From NCBI GenBank assembly GCA_965216875.1, contig OZ244207.1:4384001-4448000 (forward strand): a stretch of DNA of 64,000 nt, read 5' to 3'. The DNA is from Rubripirellula sp. (GTDB taxonomy: Bacteria; Planctomycetota; Planctomycetia; Pirellulales; Pirellulaceae). The notes beneath the pieces are model-generated. The model worked only from the letters and a program-made list of their open reading frames with translations. It did no database searches and was not told the origin of the DNA. Positions 33,099 to 41,800 of the stretch are shown piece by piece (the first letter of the stretch is position 1; each line of letters opens with the position of its first letter). The translations under genes and the position numbers were made by a program.

Positions 33099-33281
33099 AG
33101 GTGCGTGCAACCACGGCACCCAACGAGGTGTGCCCTTCCTGTAGGGTGTGTGCTTGCACGCACCAATCTTCGTCCGCGACGAGTCGCTCGTCGTGGACGA
33201 GGCTACGAGTCCGCAATGTGCGAATCAATGGGGCAAAGACGCGTGCAATCACAGACGGTGCGTGCAAGCACGGCACCCTAC
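33099..33281. repeat. REP cluster including REPIN 33141-33281
   Basis: Same arms and internal gtggacgaggctacgagtcc as 29391-29524. Confidence 0.88.
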
Positions 33282-33372
33282 GAGGTAGACAGATCAACGC
33301 CCACACTTTGCATGTGCACATTGGGAAGGTGATAATGCGCTTCCGAAGCCAACTTCTCCTCTCGTCCCTTCA

Positions 33373-33600
33373 ATGCCCGCCGCAGCCATGCAACAAGTCA
33401 AGATCTTCAAAAGTGTCGACACCGAAATCCAAGAGCTCGAGCGACAAATCAATCGTTGGATGCGAAAATCGGGCGCCCGGGTGCTGTCGATTACTGGCAA
33501 CCTCGCCAGCCAAAACGCGACTGGGACCGGGATGAATTCATTCGCGGCAGGTGACGTGTTGATCATCGTCCATTACGACATCGACCCGCCGACCAAATGA
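33373..33600 (+). CDS. Small hypothetical protein
   Basis: QQVKIFKSVDTEIQELERQINRW...DVLIIVHY, beta-alpha-beta pattern; alternative start at 33388. Confidence 0.75.
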   Translation: MPAAAMQQVKIFKSVDTEIQELERQINRWMRKSGARVLSITGNLASQNATGTGMNSFAAGDVLIIVHYDIDPPTK

Positions 33601-33723
33601 GCCAGCCTCTTTGCAAGGACGACCAAAAAGAAAATCACCAGATGCGCGAACCACCCTTGGTGGGTAAGAGTCCTTCTCTGCAGCGTTGGCTTCAGCTTCG
33701 TCGGCCAACGCCACAAATTTCTC

Positions 33724-33752
33724 TTGCCTGCCGCTTGGCAGACGGAGATAAT
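33724..33752 (+). promoter_or_regulatory. Candidate sigma70 promoter
   Basis: TTGCCT-N17-GATAAT. Confidence 0.45.
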
Positions 33753-33870
33753 GTGAGTGTCGGATCGCGATGACGCGTCGCGATGGACCCCTTCCGCACG
33801 ACCCCTTGCTCGCTCTGGTTGGCACCTGAGCTTGGCGTCGTCAAATCGAATTAGCAAAGGAGGTGACCAA

Positions 33871-33912
33871 GTGGATTATTGCTGTACTTGCCAACGGGGT
33901 GGTAACCCGTAG
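33871..33912 (+). CDS. Candidate 13-aa Cys-rich micro-ORF (MDYCCTCQRGGNP)
   Basis: Extended Shine-Dalgarno AAAGGAGGTGA at 33856-33866, four nt before GTG. Confidence 0.35.
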   Translation: MDYCCTCQRGGNP

Positions 33913-33988
33913 TTTTAGTCGGCGGGCCGATGCCTCGGGCATGGCCACCCCACTCGCGATCATCTATTGCGATAACGCGAGATACACG

Positions 33989-34029
33989 CCCGTGTGTGAG
34001 ATTACCTTGGTCTCACATGCGGGTTTTTT
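33989..34029 (+). terminator. Intrinsic terminator
   Basis: cccgtgtgtgaga..tctcacatgcggg followed by tttttt. Confidence 0.8.
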
Positions 34030-34078
34030 CATGCGCCCAGCAAGCCGTGTTCGCGATGGACAATCACACCCCACAAAC

Positions 34079-34259
34079 GGGCCACTAGGACCACGAGAGC
34101 AACCTTAGCGGGGGTATTCGAAACCGGCCTTTACATGGGGGGACCGAATCGTAGAAGACATCGCCTGCCAGCGGGCAGGTTGGCTCGATTCGCCCTTGTG
34201 GTCACTTGCCCGCCGGTTTGTCGGCGGAGGTGACCGGGTCGCCTGTGCCCCAGTGGCCC
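34079..34259. ncRNA. Candidate structured non-coding RNA (~180 nt), family unknown
   Basis: gggccact/agtggccc closing stem enclosing two nested hairpins; no convincing ORF. Confidence 0.3.
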
Positions 34260-34357
34260 TCCCTTCGTCGACGCTTTTTCTATCTGTCCGGCCCGACTCC
34301 TCATCAACCGAGCGGGCCAATGCCTGGATTCAGCTCAAACAGCCGCGCTGCGCGCAC

Positions 34358-34388
34358 AAAAAAAGCGTGTGCCTGGTTCGCACACGCT
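34358..34388 (-). terminator. Intrinsic terminator
   Basis: Minus strand agcgtgtgc-gaaccag-gcacacgcttttttt, just after the stop at 34415. Confidence 0.8.
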
Positions 34389-34414
34389 CGATGTCGTTTC
34401 CCGCTTGGCGATCG

Positions 34415-34747
34415 CTATCGCTTCAAGACGGAATGTTGTTCCGAGATATGGATTTCAGTCGTAGGATAGCCGCCGCCTCCCATCCCGTATGAGCATTCTT
34501 GCCAGGCCTCATACGCTTCATCGTATGCAAGCTCGGCTTGAACCAAGTCATTGTGAGCCTGAATCATTGCGTTGTACTCGGCGGAGCACTCACCGCTTGC
34601 GACGGCCTCATTCGCCCCCGGAAACAACGCTCTCGGTCCTCGATTCTGTTGCCCCGTCTTGTCCCCCATCAGACTGTTGGAGACGACGGTACCGAGCGTC
34701 AAGGTCGCGACGAAGAAGGTCGCGGTTTTCAAGATATTCTTTGACAC
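34415..34747 (-). CDS. Small secreted helical protein with two Cys
   Basis: AAGGAAG upstream of GTG 34747; signal-like N-terminus; C-SAEYNAMIQAHNDLVQAELAYDEAYEAWQE-C amphipathic helix; own terminator. Confidence 0.65.
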   Translation of the reverse strand: MSKNILKTATFFVATLTLGTVVSNSLMGDKTGQQNRGPRALFPGANEAVASGECSAEYNAMIQAHNDLVQAELAYDEAYEAWQECSYGMGGGGYPTTEIHISEQHSVLKR

Positions 34748-35336
34748 GTTCAGGCCCCACTTCCTTGAAAAGGTCTTTAGTTTCACTTAATCGGTGCCGT
34801 TCAGGGTTACCATCGATGAACTCTCGTTCCTTCTTAATTCGAGCTACACGTTTCTCGTGTATTCGAATTCCGCGGATGGTACTCACCTCTTCCGGCGTCA
34901 GTGCTACTCCATCGACCATGGGGACAGTGGGGGTTGAAAGATATTTTCCAATTGCGCAAAGAAACGTGACTAGGACGATTATTCCGCTTGCGAGCAACGC
35001 GAACCGGACACCCCGTTGCGGGGGCACATTCCCCTGCTGCTCTTCCGGCAGCGCCGCGTTTTCTTCGCTCCATTCTCCGTGATTGATCTCTTCGCGAAGG
35101 TCAGCGAGTTCACGTCGAACGACCTTCACTTCGATCGCTTCGCCCGTTTCGATCAAGTGCCTTCGCCACTCGCCGAAGAGCATATAGCTTTCGAGGGTGT
35201 TGTGCTTCCCGAAGTAGTAGGGGCGCCGCAGCCAATTCACTCGAGCGCTACCCTTGCCATCAGGCTTGGCGGGATAGCTCAGCTTGATCGCCTTGCTCTT
35301 GAGATCCTCGTCAACTTGAATCGTGTCAGTGCTCAT
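34608..35336 (-). CDS. Single-pass membrane protein with integrase-arm-like N-terminal domain
   Basis: 242-aa ORF; YPAKPDGKGSARVNWLRRPYYFGKHNTLESYMLFGEW, TM helix FALLASGIIVLVTFLCAIG, charged helical C-terminus. Confidence 0.7.
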   Translation of the reverse strand: MSTDTIQVDEDLKSKAIKLSYPAKPDGKGSARVNWLRRPYYFGKHNTLESYMLFGEWRRHLIETGEAIEVKVVRRELADLREEINHGEWSEENAALPEEQQGNVPPQRGVRFALLASGIIVLVTFLCAIGKYLSTPTVPMVDGVALTPEEVSTIRGIRIHEKRVARIKKEREFIDGNPERHRLSETKDLFKEVGPERVKEYLENRDLLRRDLDARYRRLQQSDGGQDGATESRTESVVSGGE

Positions 35337-35548
35337 AGGAAAGGGCGTGGTGAATCGTGGTGAAACGGGCGTGATGAGCCGCAGTGAATTCGTTATTTAC
35401 GTGATTTTCAGGTATTGAATCTGGTTTCGGCTACCGCTATCCTGCCACCAGAGTAAGGGAGTCATTCTCACCGCAAGTCCTCCATCTTGATTCGCTCATA
35501 ACCATTTAACCAGCCTCGCCATCGATTGATTAAGAACTGAGCAGACAC

Positions 35549-35622
35549 AAAAAAAGCCACGCCATCAGGATCGAGACGATCTCCATAATGCCCCAATGGA
35601 TCTCTCGTCCTGATGGCATGGC
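35549..35622 (-). terminator. Long-stem intrinsic terminator/attenuator
   Basis: Minus strand gccatgccatcaggacgagagatccat...atggagatcgtctcgatcctgatggcgtggc followed by T7. Confidence 0.75.
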
Positions 35623-35820
35623 GTATTAGGTGCATCCTTGTGAACATCTGATGAAGTGCCCTTCTCAGATAATCTGCCTGCCAGTCGCCACTTGGGCGAT
35701 ACGTGATCGTGTAACGCAAACGAATCGCATCAACTCCAAAATGAGTGAGCCGATTTGTTTTGACCGCAGCCTTTTAGGGTTGCGGTCCTTCTACAAATTC
35801 ACGCACGAAATGACTGACTC

Positions 35821-35850
35821 ACAATAAGCGGTTCACAGTCACCCTGTCAA
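35821..35850 (-). promoter_or_regulatory. Candidate sigma70 promoter
   Basis: Minus strand TTGACA-N18-TATTGT. Confidence 0.55.
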
Positions 35851-35908
35851 GGAATTGGGTGGCAGTCATCCGTGCATATCCCACCGAGCATAGTGCGCAT
35901 TTTCCAGT

Positions 35909-35982
35909 CGCGGTGACCCTGCACGTTGGTAGCGCACGGTGACCCGCACGTGGGTAGCGCGCGGTAATCCGCACGTTGGTAG
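35909..35982. repeat. Three tandem ~25-bp direct repeats
   Basis: cgcggtgaccctgcacgttggtagcg / cacggtgacccgcacgtgggtagcg / cgcggtaatccgcacgttggtag. Confidence 0.85.
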
Positions 35983-36218
35983 ATGGAACAACTCTGCCAC
36001 CTATGGGGTACTCAACAAAAGGGCAAGCATTCTGGCGATCCATCGAGTCAGTCGACGCGTAGAAGAGATGCCTTCTCGCCTGAGTTGCAATCATAAGAAT
36101 CGTTGCAATCGAACGTCACCAGCAGAAGCGGTGACCAAATTGTCCGTTGACGCCGATGCGGGAAACGACCGCATGACTACAATGGAGTCGATGCTATTTC
36201 TTTCCTGCGGGGTCTCGC

Positions 36219-36452
36219 ATGCAGCAGTTCATTGAGTTGACCGGAAAAACCTTGCTTGATGTCGTCAATGAAGGCGAGATCGACTTCAAGCAATTGCACG
36301 ATGCGGGCGTCACGGGTGACTCCATTCTGCGCATCAACAAGCATGGCGAAATCGAACTGCGTTGCCGTTCTCAATGGACGCTCGTTGGCGGCTTGATCGG
36401 AAATTTTGAAGAACGGTTGATGAATTTGACCGGTCTTGATTGGTGCGAATGA
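36219..36452 (+). CDS. Small hypothetical protein
   Basis: 77-aa ORF with globular composition (ILRINKHGEIELR..W..VGGLIG..LTGLDW). Confidence 0.75.
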   Translation: MQQFIELTGKTLLDVVNEGEIDFKQLHDAGVTGDSILRINKHGEIELRCRSQWTLVGGLIGNFEERLMNLTGLDWCE

Positions 36453-36475
36453 GCGGCTGAGCCGCGATCGGGCCT

Positions 36476-36552
36476 GAGCCGAACGCGCTAGCGTCGGGCC
36501 CGAGGAAATGGCCAAGAGAGTGCAAGGCCCAACGCTAGCGCGTTCGGCTCAC
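36476..36552. repeat. REP doublet (gagccgaacgcgctagcgtcgggcc family)
   Basis: Inverted pair; related copies near 6369, 46329 and 62121. Confidence 0.8.
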
Positions 36553-36641
36553 GAAGTACTAACATCGCGCGGACCGCATGAAGATTCCGGCCAATGCTCG
36601 GTACTCGGACGCTACTTTCGCGGAGCGAAAGGCGACATTGA

Positions 36642-37484
36642 TCACAGTCGAGCGGCGTTCAGTTGCGACAGGCTTGCCTGCCATTGCAAGATGCGGTCCT
36701 CGCAAAGTGTCGAAGTGCGATCGTGGGTACAAACGTCGCCGCGGACACCAATACAGCTTGGTGGAAAACGCAGCCTTGCGATCACATCAAGCTGATCGAG
36801 TCGAATCGAGCCAGCGAGCGCCCACCAGAGACCTAGCTCGGAACATAAACCTCCGATCTTGGACAAACGCTCGAGATCGAAGTGGTCGAGTGTTGATCGG
36901 CCATCCTTCGTGAACGTGTCGATCAAACAACGCTTCAAGCCCGCTTTCTCTGCTTCGACAATGATGTCTTCGACGGGCATGCAATCGGCAGGCGACGAAT
37001 CGGCGTAGGCAACGGCAACCAGCTCGGTTGCCTCGAGCTCTGAACGCACATCGGCCCAAAGCTGCTGAAGCTGCTGGCCATTTCGACACTGCGATGGCCC
37101 CGCTTTCGCAAACGAGAACGGCTCGGGAATCTGGTCCACGATAGCGCGTGCTTGCTCGGCTTCACCAAGAGCGGCCGAAAGGACAACGCCGTTTTCTACG
37201 GAATCGGAAAAGTCAGCAACATCGCGCCAAATTGCCGATTCGACCGGCGCAAGCGGTCCCTCATGCGGCTCTTTCAGGTCAACAATATCGACACCCGCCG
37301 AAATTGCGACGCGTGCCTCGGAAAGATCACGCACACTTACCAATAGCTGGATCGCAGGAACATTGTGGGATTTCCCACCCTCCCTTTGAGGCTCCCACGG
37401 CTGTTCCTTTGCGCAATCCCCCTCCACTGACTCGCCTACGGCGGATTCACTTGAGTTCCCGGTGCGAGTTCTTATCGTTTTCAT
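36642..37484 (-). CDS. mfnB: (5-formylfuran-3-yl)methyl phosphate synthase (MfnB/DUF556)
   Basis: LLVSVRDLSEA, GVDIVDLKEP..GPL, SAALGE, LIDTFTKDG, ALAGS, IGVRGDVC; start uncertain. Confidence 0.85.
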   Translation of the reverse strand: MKTIRTRTGNSSESAVGESVEGDCAKEQPWEPQREGGKSHNVPAIQLLVSVRDLSEARVAISAGVDIVDLKEPHEGPLAPVESAIWRDVADFSDSVENGVVLSAALGEAEQARAIVDQIPEPFSFAKAGPSQCRNGQQLQQLWADVRSELEATELVAVAYADSSPADCMPVEDIIVEAEKAGLKRCLIDTFTKDGRSTLDHFDLERLSKIGGLCSELGLWWALAGSIRLDQLDVIARLRFPPSCIGVRGDVCTHDRTSTLCEDRILQWQASLSQLNAARL

Positions 37485-37557
37485 GCGGATAGGCGAGATG
37501 CGGCGAGCAAGTTAAAGTCGTGTCTATTGTCTGCGTCTGATTTCCCAAAGCGTAACG

Positions 37558-38733
37558 TTGCAATACGAGTCCATAAACACCGCCGAGCATTTGCAGGAGT
37601 TCTGCGAAAAGCTGCGGCCCTGCGCGCTGATCGGCTTCGACACCGAGTTCGTTTCCGAGGACAGCTATCGTCCCAAGCTGTGTCTGCTGCAGGTCGCTGC
37701 CGGTGACCACCTCGCGATCATTGACCCAATGCCGGTTGATGAAACATTGCCGTTTTGGGAGCTGCTGACCGAACCGGGCCGAGTCGTGATCGCACATGCC
37801 GCTCGCGAAGAAGTTCGATTCTGCTTCCGCTACACGGGAAAGCCAATCGCTGGCTTGTTCGATACCCAGCTTGCCGCAGGTTTTGTCGGGATGGAATACC
37901 CAGCGTCCCTGGGGACGCTGGTGCAACGCCTGCTCAGCAAGAGCCTGCCCAAGGGTGAAACGAGAACCAACTGGGGTCGCCGCCCGCTCACTCGCGACCA
38001 AATCACCTATGCCTTGCACGACGTCACCGATCTCGAGGTGATGTACGAGAAACTCTCGAAGATGGTCGACGAGCTTCAGCGGCAGAGCTGGCTCGCCGAA
38101 GAAACGGAGATCTTTCAACAGAAAGTGATCGACGGCGAGACACGCGAGAACTGGCGGCGCGTGAGTGGCTGTTCTGGTTTGAACCCGCGGCAACTTGAAA
38201 CCGTCCGCCAGCTTTGGCTGTGGCGTGAAGAACAAGCCAAACAACGCGATCGTTTGCCCCGACGTGTGATGCGTGACGACCTGATTGTCGAACTGGCGCG
38301 TCGAGGTTCGGCGGACCCGAAGAAGATCCGCGGCATTCGAGGTATGGAACGTCGCGGCTACAACGACCACTACGATGACATCTCGGACGCGATCCAGCAG
38401 GCGCTCGACACGCCAGATGACCAACTGCCCACGCGACCACGTGGTTCACGCCGCGTCGTTTCGCCGATGCTAAGTCAATTCCTTTCGACGTCGATCGCAT
38501 GCATCAGTCGCCAACACAAGCTTGCACCGCCGATCGTTGGCAATGCAGACGACGTTCGCGAGCTCTTGGGCTATGAACTCGATCGTCGCTCGAGCGACCC
38601 CGAACCTTCGTTGCTCAAAGGTTGGCGCGGCGAGATTGTCGGCAAAACGTTTCGACAGATCCTTGCCGGCGAACTCGCGATTCGCGTGGCCGATGTCAAA
38701 GAGACCCAGCCGCTCGAGTTCATTAAGCCTTAG
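37558..38733 (+). CDS. rnd: Ribonuclease D (3'-5' exonuclease plus HRDC)
   Basis: FDTEF, LCLLQV, FDTQLAAG, W..RPL...Q..YA..DV, WREEQA, GWR. Confidence 0.92.
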   Translation: MQYESINTAEHLQEFCEKLRPCALIGFDTEFVSEDSYRPKLCLLQVAAGDHLAIIDPMPVDETLPFWELLTEPGRVVIAHAAREEVRFCFRYTGKPIAGLFDTQLAAGFVGMEYPASLGTLVQRLLSKSLPKGETRTNWGRRPLTRDQITYALHDVTDLEVMYEKLSKMVDELQRQSWLAEETEIFQQKVIDGETRENWRRVSGCSGLNPRQLETVRQLWLWREEQAKQRDRLPRRVMRDDLIVELARRGSADPKKIRGIRGMERRGYNDHYDDISDAIQQALDTPDDQLPTRPRGSRRVVSPMLSQFLSTSIACISRQHKLAPPIVGNADDVRELLGYELDRRSSDPEPSLLKGWRGEIVGKTFRQILAGELAIRVADVKETQPLEFIKP

Positions 38734-38740
38734 CATAGAA

Positions 38741-38797
38741 GGTGCGTGCAAGCACGGCACCCTACGTTTTCGTGTAGGGTGTGTGCTTGCACGCACC
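38741..38797. repeat. REP doublet
   Basis: ggtgcgtgcaagcacggcaccctac..gtagggtgtgtgcttgcacgcacc. Confidence 0.88.
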
Positions 38798-38819
38798 GAT
38801 CTTCAAACGATCGGCTCAC

Positions 38820-38868
38820 AAAAAAAAACGGTAGCTGGCCTCTTCTTTCGAAAAGGCTTCGCTACCGT
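38820..38868 (-). terminator. Intrinsic terminator of the DUF11 gene
   Basis: Minus strand acggtagc..gctaccgt followed by a T-run. Confidence 0.75.
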
Positions 38869-38897
38869 CTTCTTGCCCCGTGATTGGTTTCGCAGCA

Positions 38898-41800
38898 CTA
38901 CTTGTTGCTGCTGTCCGAACTGCGACGGCTGACCCGCTCGCTGCTCGCACTGACATAATGCGTCGCTTCCTCAGCGACCAAGACCGTGTCGCCCGCACGC
39001 ACTTCGGTACGGAAGCGGTGATGGCCACCCCGATCGGCCTTGGCAATCACTCGCATGCGGATCTCTTGGCCTGGTGCGATGCGAGGAATGGCATCGAACA
39101 GGACTTGACCGGTCACCACTTCACCACTTTGGCCTTCGATCCGTTGAGGTTCGATGCCGTGGCTGAATTGTGCAACGGTTTGAACATCCGTCGCTTCCTT
39201 GCTTCCGCGGTTGCGAACGACAATCTCGTAAGTCACGTCCGAACCGATGGGTGCCGGTGCGGTTGGGTCGCTGACCGAAAGGACGAGGTCTGCAATCGAC
39301 TCGACGCGAGTGGCGATGGCCACGCTGGCTTTCCCTGCCGCACTGCCACGACATTGGAAAGCAAACTGATGTTGGCCAGGTGCGTCCATGTTGCAGCGGA
39401 ACTGGTAGCTTCGGGTCGCCCCCGGAGCAAGTGACTCGATTTCCCAACGCAGGTCTTGGCCGCGAAGTTGAGCACCGTCGATGCCGCCCAAGTAAGTCGC
39501 ACCGGTTGGCAATCGCAGACTTGCTGAGATCTTTTCACTTGTTGCCGATCCAGTGTTTTGAACCTGCAAGTTGTAAGCCGACTCGGTGTTTTGATAACGC
39601 AGTTCGGGGCCGGTCAAAACGGCTTCCAGCTTCGCAGACGAAACTCGAATCGTCTTGGCAGCTTCGGCACGCAGTTCCAGGTCGCCTGATGCCAAACCGT
39701 GGATCTTCAGATCACCCAAGTCTTGAGCGGTCAGTTCGACTTCGAACTGTGCTTCCTTGCCTGGAGGGATATCACCGATACGTTGCGTTTGAGGCGTCGC
39801 CGAATTGGGCGAAAGCGTAAAGACCACGTTGGGTGCGATTCCGTCGCCAGGGTTCAGCACGCGAACCTTGTAGGTTTGTGACTTGCCAAAGACGACTTCA
39901 TCGGGTCCATCGATGCTCAAGCCCAGCTTGGGCTCATGCACTTGAACCTTGGCAATGTTCTTTTGTGGAACGAGCGTCCAATCGACATCCAAGTCGTAAG
40001 TACCGCTTCGCTCGGCTCGTAGTTGCAGACTCATCCGCTCGGAAGCACCTGCGGGAAGTTGATCGATCGTCCAGACCAATCGCTTGCTGGTGCCCTGCGT
40101 TTGAGCTTCGATGTTGCCGCGAGTCGAGTTTTGACCCTTGAGCTCAGCCCAATCAGGAACCAAAGCACGCACCATCAAGCCTTCGGCTGCGATCGAGCCG
40201 CGGTTTTCGACGATGATCTCGTACGGGTTGGTTTGGCGAATCATCACAGCACTGGGGCCGTTGGTGACCACGCGGATGCCCGGCAACTCGCTGGCAACTC
40301 GGCTTGCGCCTTGAATGCCAAGGTTGTTTCGCATTTGATTGCGAGCGTCAAAGTTGGACGACGCAAAGTTGTCCGCGGTTTCCGTCACGGCTGGCGAACC
40401 AGCAGCGTTGCCACGAATCGCATGCATCGGCACCGTTGCGTTTTCACGCGTTGGCACCGAGGGACGTGCGGGTCGTTGTGCGACTCGCTCGGCGGGTGCC
40501 GCGATCGGTTGACCGGTGGTGCTCAAACGCCCGGGTGCGGGCGAAGGAGCGCCGAGTTGTGGTGTGGCAGGTGTCGCTGCATAAGGATCGTAGTTTGGAG
40601 CGGTCTGTTGAGGAGGCTGCAACTGAGCGACATTCGATTCGGCTTGCGTCGATGGCAAGGCAATGCCCGAGCCAACGGGTGCCGACGAATCGTATTGAGG
40701 TGCCGGTGCATCAAACTGGCTTTGTTTGGGATCGACGGGTGCAAAAGCTGCTTGAGGTGGCCCGCTGCGGTGTCCAACCGACATCGACGGTGTGCCAGTC
40801 GATGGTTTCGCGGATGCTGCGATTTGCGGTGTTGGCACGGCCGGTTCGTTGTACGTCGGTTGTGCCTTAGGAGCAGCAAGCGATGTGCTCGGAGCTTGTT
40901 CTGGTTGAGCGGCGGCAACCTCTTTGGTCGCGGCCGGTGCAGGTGCCAGTGCTGGCGACTCGGTCTTGGGTAGCGACTTGCGTGCAACCTTCTCTGGCGC
41001 TGCTGCTGGTGTCGGTGCCGGTTTCTTGGCAATCTTTGGCTCAGGTTTGGCCACTTCGATACGTCGGCGTGAAACCTTTGGAACCAAATCATCCGACTGG
41101 TCCTCGACCGGCGTCAGTGATGCGCGGCCTGCGGCGGCCAATTCCGATGCGTCCAACCCACCAATCGATCGGCGATCGCCACGACGGCTGCTTGACGAAC
41201 CGGACGACAAGACACTCGGTCGACTCGGAATCGGTGCTGCCAAGGTGGGAACTTTTGACGCTGGTCTTGGTGCCGCGATGCTTGGTGAAGGTTTCGCTGC
41301 CAGAGTCGGCTGACGACGAACCGATGCGGGTTTCGCATCGATCGTTCGCGAGGAACCACCGCGGATGATTCGAGTTCCGCCGTTGGATGCAACCTCGGTT
41401 TGGTCAGGATCCGAAATCGGCGAACTGTTCGATCGCGAGTTTTGGTTTTTCGAAACGTTGTGGTAGGGAATACCGTCCCAGTTCTCGGCATCGCTGCGAC
41501 CGTGGTGTGCGGCCGATTGCTTGTGGCTCGAGTGGGCGTGAGTCGAATGGGCGCGACTCGGTTGACTCTTGTGGTTGTGCGTTTGTTTGTTGTTCGAGCT
41601 GGTCGATTTCTTTGCCGTTGACTTCTTGAAGAAGCCGTCGAGCAAACCACGTGGCGCGTCCTTTTTCTCCGGCTGCTTTTTCTGCGCCGAATGGTTGTGG
41701 TTGCTACGATTTTGGCTGGTCTGGCTCGATGCCTTGTTGCTCTCTTTCGAGCTGCCGAACCCGCTGAAGATCCCCATCGGCCGCGAAGACGTTCGCGATC

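Noticed and set aside
33863..34108. 81-aa ORF from the track (also 35468-35719 on the minus strand)
   Set aside because: Both run through strong terminators; in the first, the GTG lies inside the SD itself, so the 33871 start fits better.
35420..35450. tRNA remnant or att site ending in CCACCA
   Set aside because: No T-arm (GTTCRA) or cloverleaf; no matching direct repeat at the islet boundaries.
35909..35982. Mini-CRISPR
   Set aside because: The units are contiguous with no spacers.
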